Of a DNA stretch of 64,000 nt, positions 19,751 through 28,314 are shown one piece after another (position 1 is the first letter of the stretch; each line of letters begins with the position of its first letter). The DNA lies in contig JAHQWH010000193.1 in the NCBI GenBank assembly GCA_029856105.1, forward strand, positions 32,001 through 96,000, written 5' to 3'. A program made the position numbers and the translations under genes. The notes under the pieces were generated by a model, which was not told the DNA's origin, made no database searches, and saw only the letters and a list, made by a program, of their open reading frames with translations. The stretch is from Promethearchaeia archaeon (lineage in GTDB: Archaea > Asgardarchaeota > Lokiarchaeia > Sigyniarchaeales > SOKP01).

Positions 19751-19802
19751 GTCCCCAATACTAACCACTATACGACCCGAGCCATGTTTTTTTTTAATTA
19801 AG

Positions 19803-19810
19803 TTATAAAA
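19803..19810 (-). promoter_or_regulatory. Putative TATA box of tRNA-His
   Basis: TTTTATAA 20-27 nt upstream of G-1, preceded by a purine-rich BRE-like tract; background is AT-rich. Confidence 0.4.
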
Positions 19811-19849
19811 TTTAATCTTTCTTTCTAAAAAAATTTGTCCTTTGTTAAT

Positions 19850-20455
19850 TTAAAATATTTCTTTTCCCCCAACCACACTTACTAGATAGTTTAAAAATTG
19901 ATTAATTGCATTTTCTAATTCTTCAGAATTATCAACAGCAAAATCAGCATCAGGAAATTTCTGATTCCTTTTTGCTCTTTCTATTCTTTCTTCTAATCTT
20001 TTTCCGCTCTCTCTGGCGCGGGCTTTTAACCTTTTTAAAGTAATTTCAAAAGGAACTTCAATAAATATTATTTTTAAATTTCTATAAATTTCACAAGCTT
20101 TTTTCACAATTGTTCGACTAACATTTACGAGCACGGGATGTCCTTTTTTTAACCAACTATCAATTTCTATAGGAACTCCGTAATCAAGACCATAAATGTG
20201 CCATTTTAAGGTAAATTTACCTTGTTTTGACATCTCTCTGAACTCTTCTGGGCTAATCGATATATTGTCTTCGTCTTCAGAAGGAGGTCTTGTAATATAC
20301 CGTTGAGTAAGGCGAATACTTTTTAAATCAGAAGGATACCTTTCTAATACAGCTTTGATAATAGAATCTTTACCCGAACCAGAGTTTCCGACAACTAAGA
20401 ATAATGTTCCAGAAAATACTTTTCTATTTTTTTCTTTTGTTTTCATCTGTTTCAA
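19850..20455 (-). CDS. phnN: Ribose 1,5-bisphosphokinase PhnN
   Basis: VVGNSGSGKDS, RYITRP, W...GLDYGVP, VNVSR, RLKARARES. Confidence 0.85.
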   Translation of the reverse strand: MKQMKTKEKNRKVFSGTLFLVVGNSGSGKDSIIKAVLERYPSDLKSIRLTQRYITRPPSEDEDNISISPEEFREMSKQGKFTLKWHIYGLDYGVPIEIDSWLKKGHPVLVNVSRTIVKKACEIYRNLKIIFIEVPFEITLKRLKARARESGKRLEERIERAKRNQKFPDADFAVDNSEELENAINQFLNYLVSVVGGKEIF

Positions 20456-20594
20456 AATTAATAATTATTATTTCAATTTTAGTTTTAATGGTAAAAAATT
20501 AATAACTTTATTTATAAAAACGAAAAGAAATATTAAGAATAATAAATGTTATGAGACTTGGCAAAGAAAAAAATAAATATTTCTTAATTAGAAA

Positions 20595-21011
20595 ATGACA
20601 AGTAGTACAAAAAGCACTGGAGAAATTTCAGAAATACCCGAGAGCTACCAGAGATATATAGATGTCATTTATACTATTTCAAAGAAAAAAAGAGGAGGAT
20701 GGGTAACAAATAAAGGAATTGCTGAAAGCCTCCAAGTTGAGCCTGCCTCGGTGTCAGGAATGCTCGAAAAATTAAGAAAAAAAGGTTTAATTAACTGGGA
20801 GCCACGAAAATCAATAAGACTTACAGATAAGGGGAAGATGTATGCGCAACAGTTAGAAGAAATTGAAAAATTGCTCCACACTTTTTTTAAAGAAGTATTA
20901 AAAATCGACGACGAAGAGCTTGTTGAAAAGATATCTTGTGAAATAGAACATCATATTACTCGAGAAGTAAAAGAGTCCTTTAAAGACTTCTTGTCAAATT
21001 ATCATAAATAG
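20595..21011 (+). CDS. DtxR/MntR family metal-dependent transcriptional regulator
   Basis: YIDVIY, IAESLQVEPASVSGMLEKL HTH, LTDKG, CEIEH. Confidence 0.88.
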   Translation: MTSSTKSTGEISEIPESYQRYIDVIYTISKKKRGGWVTNKGIAESLQVEPASVSGMLEKLRKKGLINWEPRKSIRLTDKGKMYAQQLEEIEKLLHTFFKEVLKIDDEELVEKISCEIEHHITREVKESFKDFLSNYHK

Positions 21012-21078
21012 ATTTAATTATAATTAACAATTTATTGATTTAACTAATTTAAATCAAACCTACAAAGAGTTTAGATAT

Positions 21079-21831
21079 ATGTCTGAAGAATTAATTGGGA
21101 AAATAAAAGTTGTTAATGAATACTTTAAAGATTTCAATAATTTTCTTGAACTCAAAGATTTTCGAGCTTTCCTATTATTGACGTTAACAAGTCAAGCCGT
21201 AACGAATATTATGGCTCAACTTGGTATAGGGGGTGATAAAGATGTTATTAATCTACCTTATAACCCTAACTATAAATTCTATTATCAAAAAATCAATTTA
21301 ATGTCTTCAAGCTCGATAATATTATACGTAAAGTCTGAACCAATAACAAACGAGCTTATTTTGGAAAAAAATAACGAAGTTTTTAAAAAATATTTAAGTT
21401 CAAATGAGATAGCTCTCGCATTTAGAGGCAAAGAAAAGTTTTTATTTCCGAAAGTTAGCGATTGCAGCACATTGGAAGCTTCAGACATTACTGTGAAGGT
21501 TGACGATTTATTTCACACTTTAGATTCTTTCATTTCTTATGCTCAACCAAATATCCTGTTTGTCTTTGATGCTGAAACATCTTCGAAACCAGATTTAGTA
21601 TTTACATTTAACATGATGCCACAATTGCCAAAAAAATTAAATGAAAATGTGTTAAAAGTTGATACCTTTTTGGATTACGAAAGAAAGACAAAAGATATTA
21701 CTTACATTAAGCGGGAGGAAGATTATAGTCTAACTTATTTAGAAGATATCAAAGAAATCAGCCACGCGGAATTATACAAGTCATCCTTTTCCTTAGTGAT
21801 ACATTTAAAATCTATAAATAAACCTACTTGA
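21079..21831 (+). CDS. Hypothetical protein
   Basis: 250-aa ORF; no recognisable motif. Confidence 0.65.
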   Translation: MSEELIGKIKVVNEYFKDFNNFLELKDFRAFLLLTLTSQAVTNIMAQLGIGGDKDVINLPYNPNYKFYYQKINLMSSSSIILYVKSEPITNELILEKNNEVFKKYLSSNEIALAFRGKEKFLFPKVSDCSTLEASDITVKVDDLFHTLDSFISYAQPNILFVFDAETSSKPDLVFTFNMMPQLPKKLNENVLKVDTFLDYERKTKDITYIKREEDYSLTYLEDIKEISHAELYKSSFSLVIHLKSINKPT

Positions 21832-22026
21832 ACAATTTCTTTTTTATTTTATCAATCATATTAAGCGTTTAATATTAATTATTCGTTAATGATTAAGCCG
21901 TTAACACCATTAAAGGATTAATACTCTTAATTTATAAATTATCCGACAAAATATGATTAGTAATTAAACTGTTAAAACAGTTAAAACTTCAATTTAATAT
22001 TTCAAACAAATTAAGGGTTGGTAGTA

Positions 22027-22230
22027 ATGAAAATAATAACTATTAATTTACCTGAGAAGTATTTAGCAGCAATTCAAGTCTTAAATGACTTGGGCGTGTA
22101 TCCAAGTCGAAGCGAAGCAATAAGAACTGCTTTAAGAGATTTCTTAGATGACGAATTAAAAATGTTTAACAATTTAGAAGACGAAACTTTTAAAATGCTT
22201 GTTAGAAACACAGCAAATAATAGACGATAA
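22027..22230 (+). CDS. Ribbon-helix-helix (CopG/Arc/MetJ) DNA-binding protein
   Basis: MKIITINLP...GVYPSRSEAIRTALRDFL; ATG at 22027 (track uses TTG 22018). Confidence 0.88.
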   Translation: MKIITINLPEKYLAAIQVLNDLGVYPSRSEAIRTALRDFLDDELKMFNNLEDETFKMLVRNTANNRR

Positions 22231-22256
22231 TTTCTATTTTTTTTTAATTTTAAGAA

Positions 22257-22721
22257 TTAATCTACATTTACATCGACTTTACACTTATTACAACGTTTTG
22301 ATCCCCGAAATAATTGATTGCCACAATTTGGACAATGATATCTATTCTCTTCTTGTTTTACAAATTCTTCTGTGCCATTTTCTCGCCAAAATGGGATTGC
22401 TCGGAGGATAACTTTCTTCCCTACTGTTATCGGAAAGTTATTAATAAATTTACACGGAAACTCGTCGCACTGATGACATCCTTCAATCCCTTTATCGTTA
22501 CAACACTTTTTAATAGAACATACTCTGCAAACCGGGAAAACAATTCCATCTGATAAGCATCCCGTACAAGCTATGTCGTCTACGCTTTTTGCAAACGCTT
22601 TATAGACGGGCAATAATTTTTCTTTAAATTTCAAATTATTATCTCGGTGAGCGATATAAATCGAGCAAACTCCACAATACAATCCACAAGGTGCTAATAA
22701 ATTTTCTTTGATCTCAACCAT
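22257..22721 (-). CDS. DUF3795-type Cys-rich protein with C-terminal zinc ribbon
   Basis: APCGLYCGVC, CTGC, CSIKKCC, CHQCDEFPC, CPNCG...CNKC. Confidence 0.8.
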   Translation of the reverse strand: MVEIKENLLAPCGLYCGVCSIYIAHRDNNLKFKEKLLPVYKAFAKSVDDIACTGCLSDGIVFPVCRVCSIKKCCNDKGIEGCHQCDEFPCKFINNFPITVGKKVILRAIPFWRENGTEEFVKQEENRYHCPNCGNQLFRGSKRCNKCKVDVNVD

Positions 22722-22862
22722 TTAATATCATCATTTAAACATTCTAAATATTAAAAATTAATAATATCGAATTAAATCTTTTGATTTAAGATCTTACTTT
22801 TAATAATTATAAAAACATATTATTTTTAATACTGTTAATTTTGAATTTATGTAGGTATTACA

Positions 22863-23912
22863 ATGAAAATTGCACGATATTATAACAATAACGATGTTAG
22901 GCTTGACGAGATACCAAAACCAATAATTGGTTCAGGAGAATTTTTGGTAAAAGTAGTAAAGTCAGGTATTTGTGGTTCGGATGTTCTAGAATATTATAGA
23001 TTTGCCAAAATGAAAAAACTAGGCGTAGATAATCTAATTCTTGGGCATGAAATAGCAGGCGATATTGTTGAGGTAGGAAAGGATGTAAGACGCTTCAAAG
23101 TCGGAGATCGTGTTTTTGTTTCTCACCATGTTCCTTGTTATGATTGTTATTATTGTCATCATGGGCACCATACTGCGTGTGCTCTACTTCACAGTACCAA
23201 TTTCGATCCAGGCGGTTTTTCTGAATATGTTAGAATTCCTAAGATTAATATCGAGAAAAAAGGAGTATTTGTTTTAGATAAGTCGGTATCGTATGATGAA
23301 GCAGTTTTTATCGAACCCTTTGGGTGTGTGTGTAGGGCACAAAGATTAGCTATTGTTGGAAAAGGATTAACAGTTTTAATACTCGGTATTGGAGTTTCTG
23401 GAATTTTGCATATTCAACTAGCAAAATTGCGAGGGGTGGCAAAAGTGTTTGCAACGGACATCAATGAATATAGGTTAAAAATGGCGAAGAAGTTTGGGGC
23501 TGATGAGGCTTTTTTTGCTAGTGAGGATATCCCTTCAAACCTTTTGGAATTGAACGATCATCGATTAGCAGATATTGTTATCGTATGTACTGGTGCTTTA
23601 TCTGCCGCAAATCAAGCTTTAAAATGTGCTGCTCCTGGTGGTAAAATTATATTTTTTGCAGTTCCTGCCCCCGGTATTAATTTAGAAGTCCCTATAAACG
23701 AATATTGGAGAAATGAGATAACAATAACGACATCATATGGTGCAGCACCTGAAGATCTTCAAGAGTCTTATATATGGATATTATCTAAGAAAATAAAAGT
23801 CTTAGAATTAATAACTCATAGATTCCCCCTAAGTCAAGCTGGAAAAGCCTTCAAGGTCGTTTGTGAAGCAAAAGAATCCCTAAAAGTTGTTTTAGAGCCC
23901 AATAAAGAATGA
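22863..23912 (+). CDS. Zn-dependent medium-chain dehydrogenase (sorbitol/threonine DH-like)
   Basis: GICGSD, GHE, CYDCYYC...C structural Zn site, GIGVSG. Confidence 0.9.
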   Translation: MKIARYYNNNDVRLDEIPKPIIGSGEFLVKVVKSGICGSDVLEYYRFAKMKKLGVDNLILGHEIAGDIVEVGKDVRRFKVGDRVFVSHHVPCYDCYYCHHGHHTACALLHSTNFDPGGFSEYVRIPKINIEKKGVFVLDKSVSYDEAVFIEPFGCVCRAQRLAIVGKGLTVLILGIGVSGILHIQLAKLRGVAKVFATDINEYRLKMAKKFGADEAFFASEDIPSNLLELNDHRLADIVIVCTGALSAANQALKCAAPGGKIIFFAVPAPGINLEVPINEYWRNEITITTSYGAAPEDLQESYIWILSKKIKVLELITHRFPLSQAGKAFKVVCEAKESLKVVLEPNKE

Positions 23913-23917
23913 GTTAT

Positions 23918-24880
23918 TTATAGATTTGTTCTTATACTTCTTTCAATATGCTTTCTTATTATCCAGGATTCCCAAAAAGCGTAAACCTTTAGCATTGCTC
24001 CTTTCATTTTTCTTTTAGGAAAAAAAATATCTAATTTAAGCAACGCTTCTGTTTTTTCGCTAATTGCAAGTTTATGATCAAGCGTTTTTAGTGCAGAATT
24101 AACTTTCTCTTGATTTTCTTCTATTTTTTTTCTCATATAATTAAACGGTGTTCTATCGGGATTTTTAACTACATACGAATGACTCGAAGTTAATTTAATT
24201 GCTTTCTCAAGAAAAAATTCTTCAGCAAGATTAATATCCCTGATAGTCTGCTCAATAGAGCAATCCCTAAATCCGTACCAAGGGCCAAAACCATTTACTT
24301 CTGGTTGAGTTTGGTCAAATCCCATACAACTTATATGTAAAATTTTTTCGGAAGGAAAAAAAAATCCAACATGACCTAAGGAGTGTCCTGGAAAAGAGAT
24401 GGTTTGCAGTTCGAAATTATCGAATCTTAACATATCACCGGGTTTAAACGAAATAACTTCATTACATTTTTTATAACCCATTGAATTAACGAAACTCATT
24501 CCAGTTTCTAAGTCAAGATCCTCTAAAAATCCAAAGTTATTTAAAAAATTATAACTATCTAACAAATTCGTATGTTCTGGAACAGGAGCATATATATTTA
24601 CTCTTTTTTCGCTCCAAATATGCACATGAGCTGCGTGATCTAAATGCGTGTGACTACATACATAATCCGAAATGGGCTTAAACAAATTGTATATGGTATT
24701 TGCATACCGTGGCTCAATATTAAGATCTATAATAATAGCGTGCCTATTTACACCCTTTTCGGGTAATTTAATTAAACCGTCGCACCTTGTAAAGACGGCT
24801 GATGCTTTTATTTGGTGAACTCTTAATAAATTTTTAGTAACCTTAGAAATTTGAAGATTATCAATATTAGGTAAAGACAT
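23918..24880 (-). CDS. Metallo-beta-lactamase fold hydrolase
   Basis: SHTHLDH, PGHSLGH, SSH. Confidence 0.85.
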   Translation of the reverse strand: MSLPNIDNLQISKVTKNLLRVHQIKASAVFTRCDGLIKLPEKGVNRHAIIIDLNIEPRYANTIYNLFKPISDYVCSHTHLDHAAHVHIWSEKRVNIYAPVPEHTNLLDSYNFLNNFGFLEDLDLETGMSFVNSMGYKKCNEVISFKPGDMLRFDNFELQTISFPGHSLGHVGFFFPSEKILHISCMGFDQTQPEVNGFGPWYGFRDCSIEQTIRDINLAEEFFLEKAIKLTSSHSYVVKNPDRTPFNYMRKKIEENQEKVNSALKTLDHKLAISEKTEALLKLDIFFPKRKMKGAMLKVYAFWESWIIRKHIERSIRTNL

Positions 24881-24988
24881 TAGTGCGAATATAATCTCTA
24901 TAGTAATTATAAAGGAAAATTATGAAATATTTAAGAACTTAATCTTAACACAAAATATTCTTAAAATATAGAAATAAAAAAAATAAAA

Positions 24989-25771
24989 TTATAATCCTAC
25001 TGGACCATTACTATAGATTTCATATGCTTCATCTACGGAAGCATTTTCGTGAACTATTGCTCTTACTGCTTGAATCATTCCAATTGGTTTATCAGATTGG
25101 AAGATATTCCTCCCCATGTCTACACCGATAGCTCCAGAATTAATAGCATTCTTTGCCATTTGTAATGCATCCCTCTCCGATGTTTTTTTCCCTCCCGCAA
25201 TAACTACAGGTACAGGACAAATACTTGTTACGTTTTCAAAATTTTCACAATAGTATGTTTTTACAAATGTAGCACCTAACTCCGCGGCCATTCTACTAGC
25301 CATCCCTAAGTAACGGTGATCTCTAACCATTTCCCTACCAACTGCGGTGACTGCTAAGGTAGGAATTCCATATTCTTGTCCCCAATTTACTATTTTCGAT
25401 AAATTCATTAAGCTTTGCTTTTCAAACTCTCCGCCGACAAAAATCGAGCAAGTTATTGCTGAAACATTTAATCTTATGGCTTCTTCAATAGTTACGTTAA
25501 TTTCTTCATTTGAAAGGTCTTTTAACATGCTAGCTCCAGCCGATACTCTTAATACTATCGGAATATCAAAATCAGCGGAAACGCAACTTCTTAGCATCCC
25601 CCGAGTAAGCATTAAAGCATCAGCATATTGAAATAACGGATTTAAATCTCCAAAACATTTCAATTGACCAGGTATATTACCAAAGTATCCATGATCGACG
25701 GCAAGCATTACACAACGCCCAGACTTAGGTTTGATAATCCTTGCTAATCGATTTTGCATTCCCCAATCCAT
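24989..25771 (-). CDS. lsrF: LsrF-like thiolase / DhnA-type class I aldolase
   Basis: MDWGMQNRLARI, MLAVDHGYF, VKTYY, VIAGGKK, GVDMGRNIFQS; closely follows LsrF. Confidence 0.85.
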   Translation of the reverse strand: MDWGMQNRLARIIKPKSGRCVMLAVDHGYFGNIPGQLKCFGDLNPLFQYADALMLTRGMLRSCVSADFDIPIVLRVSAGASMLKDLSNEEINVTIEEAIRLNVSAITCSIFVGGEFEKQSLMNLSKIVNWGQEYGIPTLAVTAVGREMVRDHRYLGMASRMAAELGATFVKTYYCENFENVTSICPVPVVIAGGKKTSERDALQMAKNAINSGAIGVDMGRNIFQSDKPIGMIQAVRAIVHENASVDEAYEIYSNGPVGL

Positions 25772-25915
25772 TTTTAATTCACTTTATTTGATTTTCAATT
25801 AAATTATTGCATTGATAAATTATGAAAATTATTAATTTATTATCTTTTTTGTGCTTTTGCATAGAAATGTCTTTAAAGAAGAGAGTGTAAAGAAAATGGT
25901 TAATGATTCATCAAA

Positions 25916-26764
25916 TTAGTTCCTTATTTTTTTACCTAAATCCTTCGAAATTCGTCTACTAATAAATTCTTTTATTAAAACGATTCTGTTTCTATTGATC
26001 GTAGAAACTATTAACTTTTCTTTTAACTTTTTTGTTAATTCTTTTTCGTTGATACCTTTAGCGTTCTCTAAAAGCGAAATAGTAAATTCTACATCACTTA
26101 AAAATTGTTTAATATAGAGCGCTAAATACTTTAATTGATCGTTTTTATCTGTCTTACCCAGAGCGTTGCTTAATATAGACTTTTCAAAATCAATCTGCGA
26201 ATGCCATGGTACTTGGATAACCAATTTACGATTATTGATTAAAAACGCGTTGGAATATTCTTGTTTAGTCATAGTATAGAAATAATTTGGATTAGGAAAC
26301 ACATAAGAGTCAAATTCTTCGTCTATTATAACATTCGAATTTCGATACTCGACAGGGATTAATCTGTCAAATAATTCGTTTAATTGCTCTATGTTGAGAC
26401 TAGTTTCTTCGTTTCTAATAATTCGGGAGTCGTAATCGAATAATTTAGCGTGTATGAAACCTGCAACACAATTGAAACCAAAAGCATCGATTAATTCATC
26501 TAATGTCAAACTGATTAAATCAATCGGTAATTTATCTTTTTGATCTAACGATACGGAAGCATCAATTATGTCGTATCCAATAACATTTCCTTTAGTAGAA
26601 ATAAAAACGATAAAATTGTGCTCTTCACAAACTACTCCTTTAGGTACTTTAATCTTAACGGTACCAAACTTTTTATCAACAAACAATGATTCTGGAACGG
26701 ATATTTCTTTTCCCACGCCACATCGGGGGCAAGAAACCTCAAACTTTTTCAAGTTACTACTCAT
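25916..26764 (-). CDS. Hypothetical protein with N-terminal Zn-ribbon-like domain
   Basis: CPRC...VPKGVVCEEHNFIVFISTKGNVIGY; N-domain paralogous to 1038..1601. Confidence 0.7.
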   Translation of the reverse strand: MSSNLKKFEVSCPRCGVGKEISVPESLFVDKKFGTVKIKVPKGVVCEEHNFIVFISTKGNVIGYDIIDASVSLDQKDKLPIDLISLTLDELIDAFGFNCVAGFIHAKLFDYDSRIIRNEETSLNIEQLNELFDRLIPVEYRNSNVIIDEEFDSYVFPNPNYFYTMTKQEYSNAFLINNRKLVIQVPWHSQIDFEKSILSNALGKTDKNDQLKYLALYIKQFLSDVEFTISLLENAKGINEKELTKKLKEKLIVSTINRNRIVLIKEFISRRISKDLGKKIRN

Positions 26765-27010
26765 TTAATCCCTAAATTTAGATTATTTGTTTAGTTAATT
26801 TTTTTTTATTTTTATATTTTTTTTTAGACAAAAATACTAAAAAAGTTTTCATTAAAAAGCTTAAACATTTCGTCAAAAAATATTATAAAATATTATAAAA
26901 TTTTAAATACAATTTAAATATCAAATACAATTTTTAAATTCGTCTTAAATTAAATATTAAATTTTTTAAAGCAATTTTAAAATCAATTAACTAGTATTAG
27001 GTAAAAATTA

Positions 27011-28288
27011 ATGATTGTAATTTCAAGCGAAGATTCAAAATATATGTATGAAATAATCCAAAGGATTATCGAAGAATGTGGCCCAAGAATGCCTTGTAGT
27101 CCTCAAGAGGCTCAAAGTGCGGAAATAATCAAAGAGGAATTAGAACATGTCTGTGATAAGACGGTAATAGAACCCTTCTCGTGTAATCCTCGCGCCTTCT
27201 TAGGATTTATAAAGGTTAATCTTACTTTAGTTGTTATGTCGTTTATAGCCTTTTTTCTTATACCGTTTAATTTAGTAAATTATTGGAGCTATTTAATGAC
27301 ATTTTTATCGTTCGGTTTGAACGTAATTGCGTTCCTAATCATATGGAATGAATTTTTTAATTATCGAGAATTCATTGATCCATTATTTAAATCAAGAGAA
27401 TCACAAAATGTTATTGGAAAGATTTCCTCTGAGGAAGAATTAAAAAAAATCGTGATCTTTTCTGGACATCACGATAGTGCGCTTCAGTTTAATTTATTAA
27501 CTCATTTAAAAATAGGCTATCCCATTATTATCTTTTTAGGCCTAGGTATTATGTTCTTGTGGTTGTTTGTATCAACCCTTATATTACTCTTAACCTTAAT
27601 GGGTTTATTTTTCTACGAAATCTTTTTTATTTTTGTATTAAGCCTGTTTTTAATAGGAACCCCAGCTTTTATTGGTTTATTTTTCTTCGTATCGTTTGGA
27701 AAAAAGGCTAATAAAGTACCAGGAGCCGTTGATAATTTAAGCGCTGTAGCAATCGTGTTAGCTATTGGAAAATACCTAAAAAATCATAAAGAAATTATAC
27801 CCAAAAACACAGAGATTAGATTAATATCTTTTGGGTGCGAAGAAGCCGGTTTAAGAGGCGCTTATAGATATGTTAAAGAACATTACGACGAGTTAGTAAA
27901 GTACGACGCAGAATGCGTCAATATGGATGGAATTCACAGCAAAGACAATATTTCTATCATAGATTTTGAACCAACAACTCGTACAAAACATTCTGATATT
28001 GTTGTTCAAAAAATAATTAATGCTGCTAAAAATTCCGAAATTAAACTTCAATCATCAGGATTAGGAGGATCAAGTAAGTTAGAAAAATTATTTGGCCAAA
28101 TTACTGGTGGCACAGATGCTACAGCATTCTCAAAAGCAAAGATCAAAGCTGCTAATATTTCTGCCATGAATTTAAAACAAATGGTTGGATTTTACCACCA
28201 ACATACAGACACAGTGGATAAAATTGAAAAAGGATCCCTTGAGAATGTTTTAAAGATTTGTATTTCCTACATTAATGGCGAATCTTAA
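27011..28288 (+). CDS. Membrane-embedded M28 family metallopeptidase
   Basis: GHHDS, GAVDNLS, GCEEAGLRG, NMD, YHQHTD; four TM segments inserted. Confidence 0.87.
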   Translation: MIVISSEDSKYMYEIIQRIIEECGPRMPCSPQEAQSAEIIKEELEHVCDKTVIEPFSCNPRAFLGFIKVNLTLVVMSFIAFFLIPFNLVNYWSYLMTFLSFGLNVIAFLIIWNEFFNYREFIDPLFKSRESQNVIGKISSEEELKKIVIFSGHHDSALQFNLLTHLKIGYPIIIFLGLGIMFLWLFVSTLILLLTLMGLFFYEIFFIFVLSLFLIGTPAFIGLFFFVSFGKKANKVPGAVDNLSAVAIVLAIGKYLKNHKEIIPKNTEIRLISFGCEEAGLRGAYRYVKEHYDELVKYDAECVNMDGIHSKDNISIIDFEPTTRTKHSDIVVQKIINAAKNSEIKLQSSGLGGSSKLEKLFGQITGGTDATAFSKAKIKAANISAMNLKQMVGFYHQHTDTVDKIEKGSLENVLKICISYINGES

Positions 28289-28314
28289 AAAAAGTTGAAA
28301 GAGATAAAAAAAAA

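Larger units (their letters stand above)
19620..19783 (-). tRNA. tRNA-His(GUG) with three introns and genome-encoded G-1
   Basis: Spliced 73-nt product GGCTCGGGTCGTATAGTGGTTAGTATTGGGGAC|TGTGAATCCCTAG|AGGGGGGTTCAAT|TCCCCCTCCGAGCC folds as a cloverleaf: acceptor GCTCGGG/TCCGAGC, G-1:C73, D-loop GG, anticodon loop CTGTGAA, T arm GGGGG-TTCAATT-CCCCC. CCA is not encoded. Confidence 0.9.

Noticed and set aside
19620-19783. tRNA-Sec, or a tRNA with a long variable arm or canonical 37/38 intron
   Set aside because: There is no UCA anticodon in a valid loop. GUG plus G-1:C73 indicates His. The apparent long arm has BHB-type bulges and is better read as an intron.
26769-27010. AT-rich short repeats (TATTATAAAA x2, AAATACAATTT x2) as a replication origin or CRISPR
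   Set aside because: No ORB-like G-string boxes, no cdc6, no repeat-spacer periodicity; consistent with a divergent promoter region.
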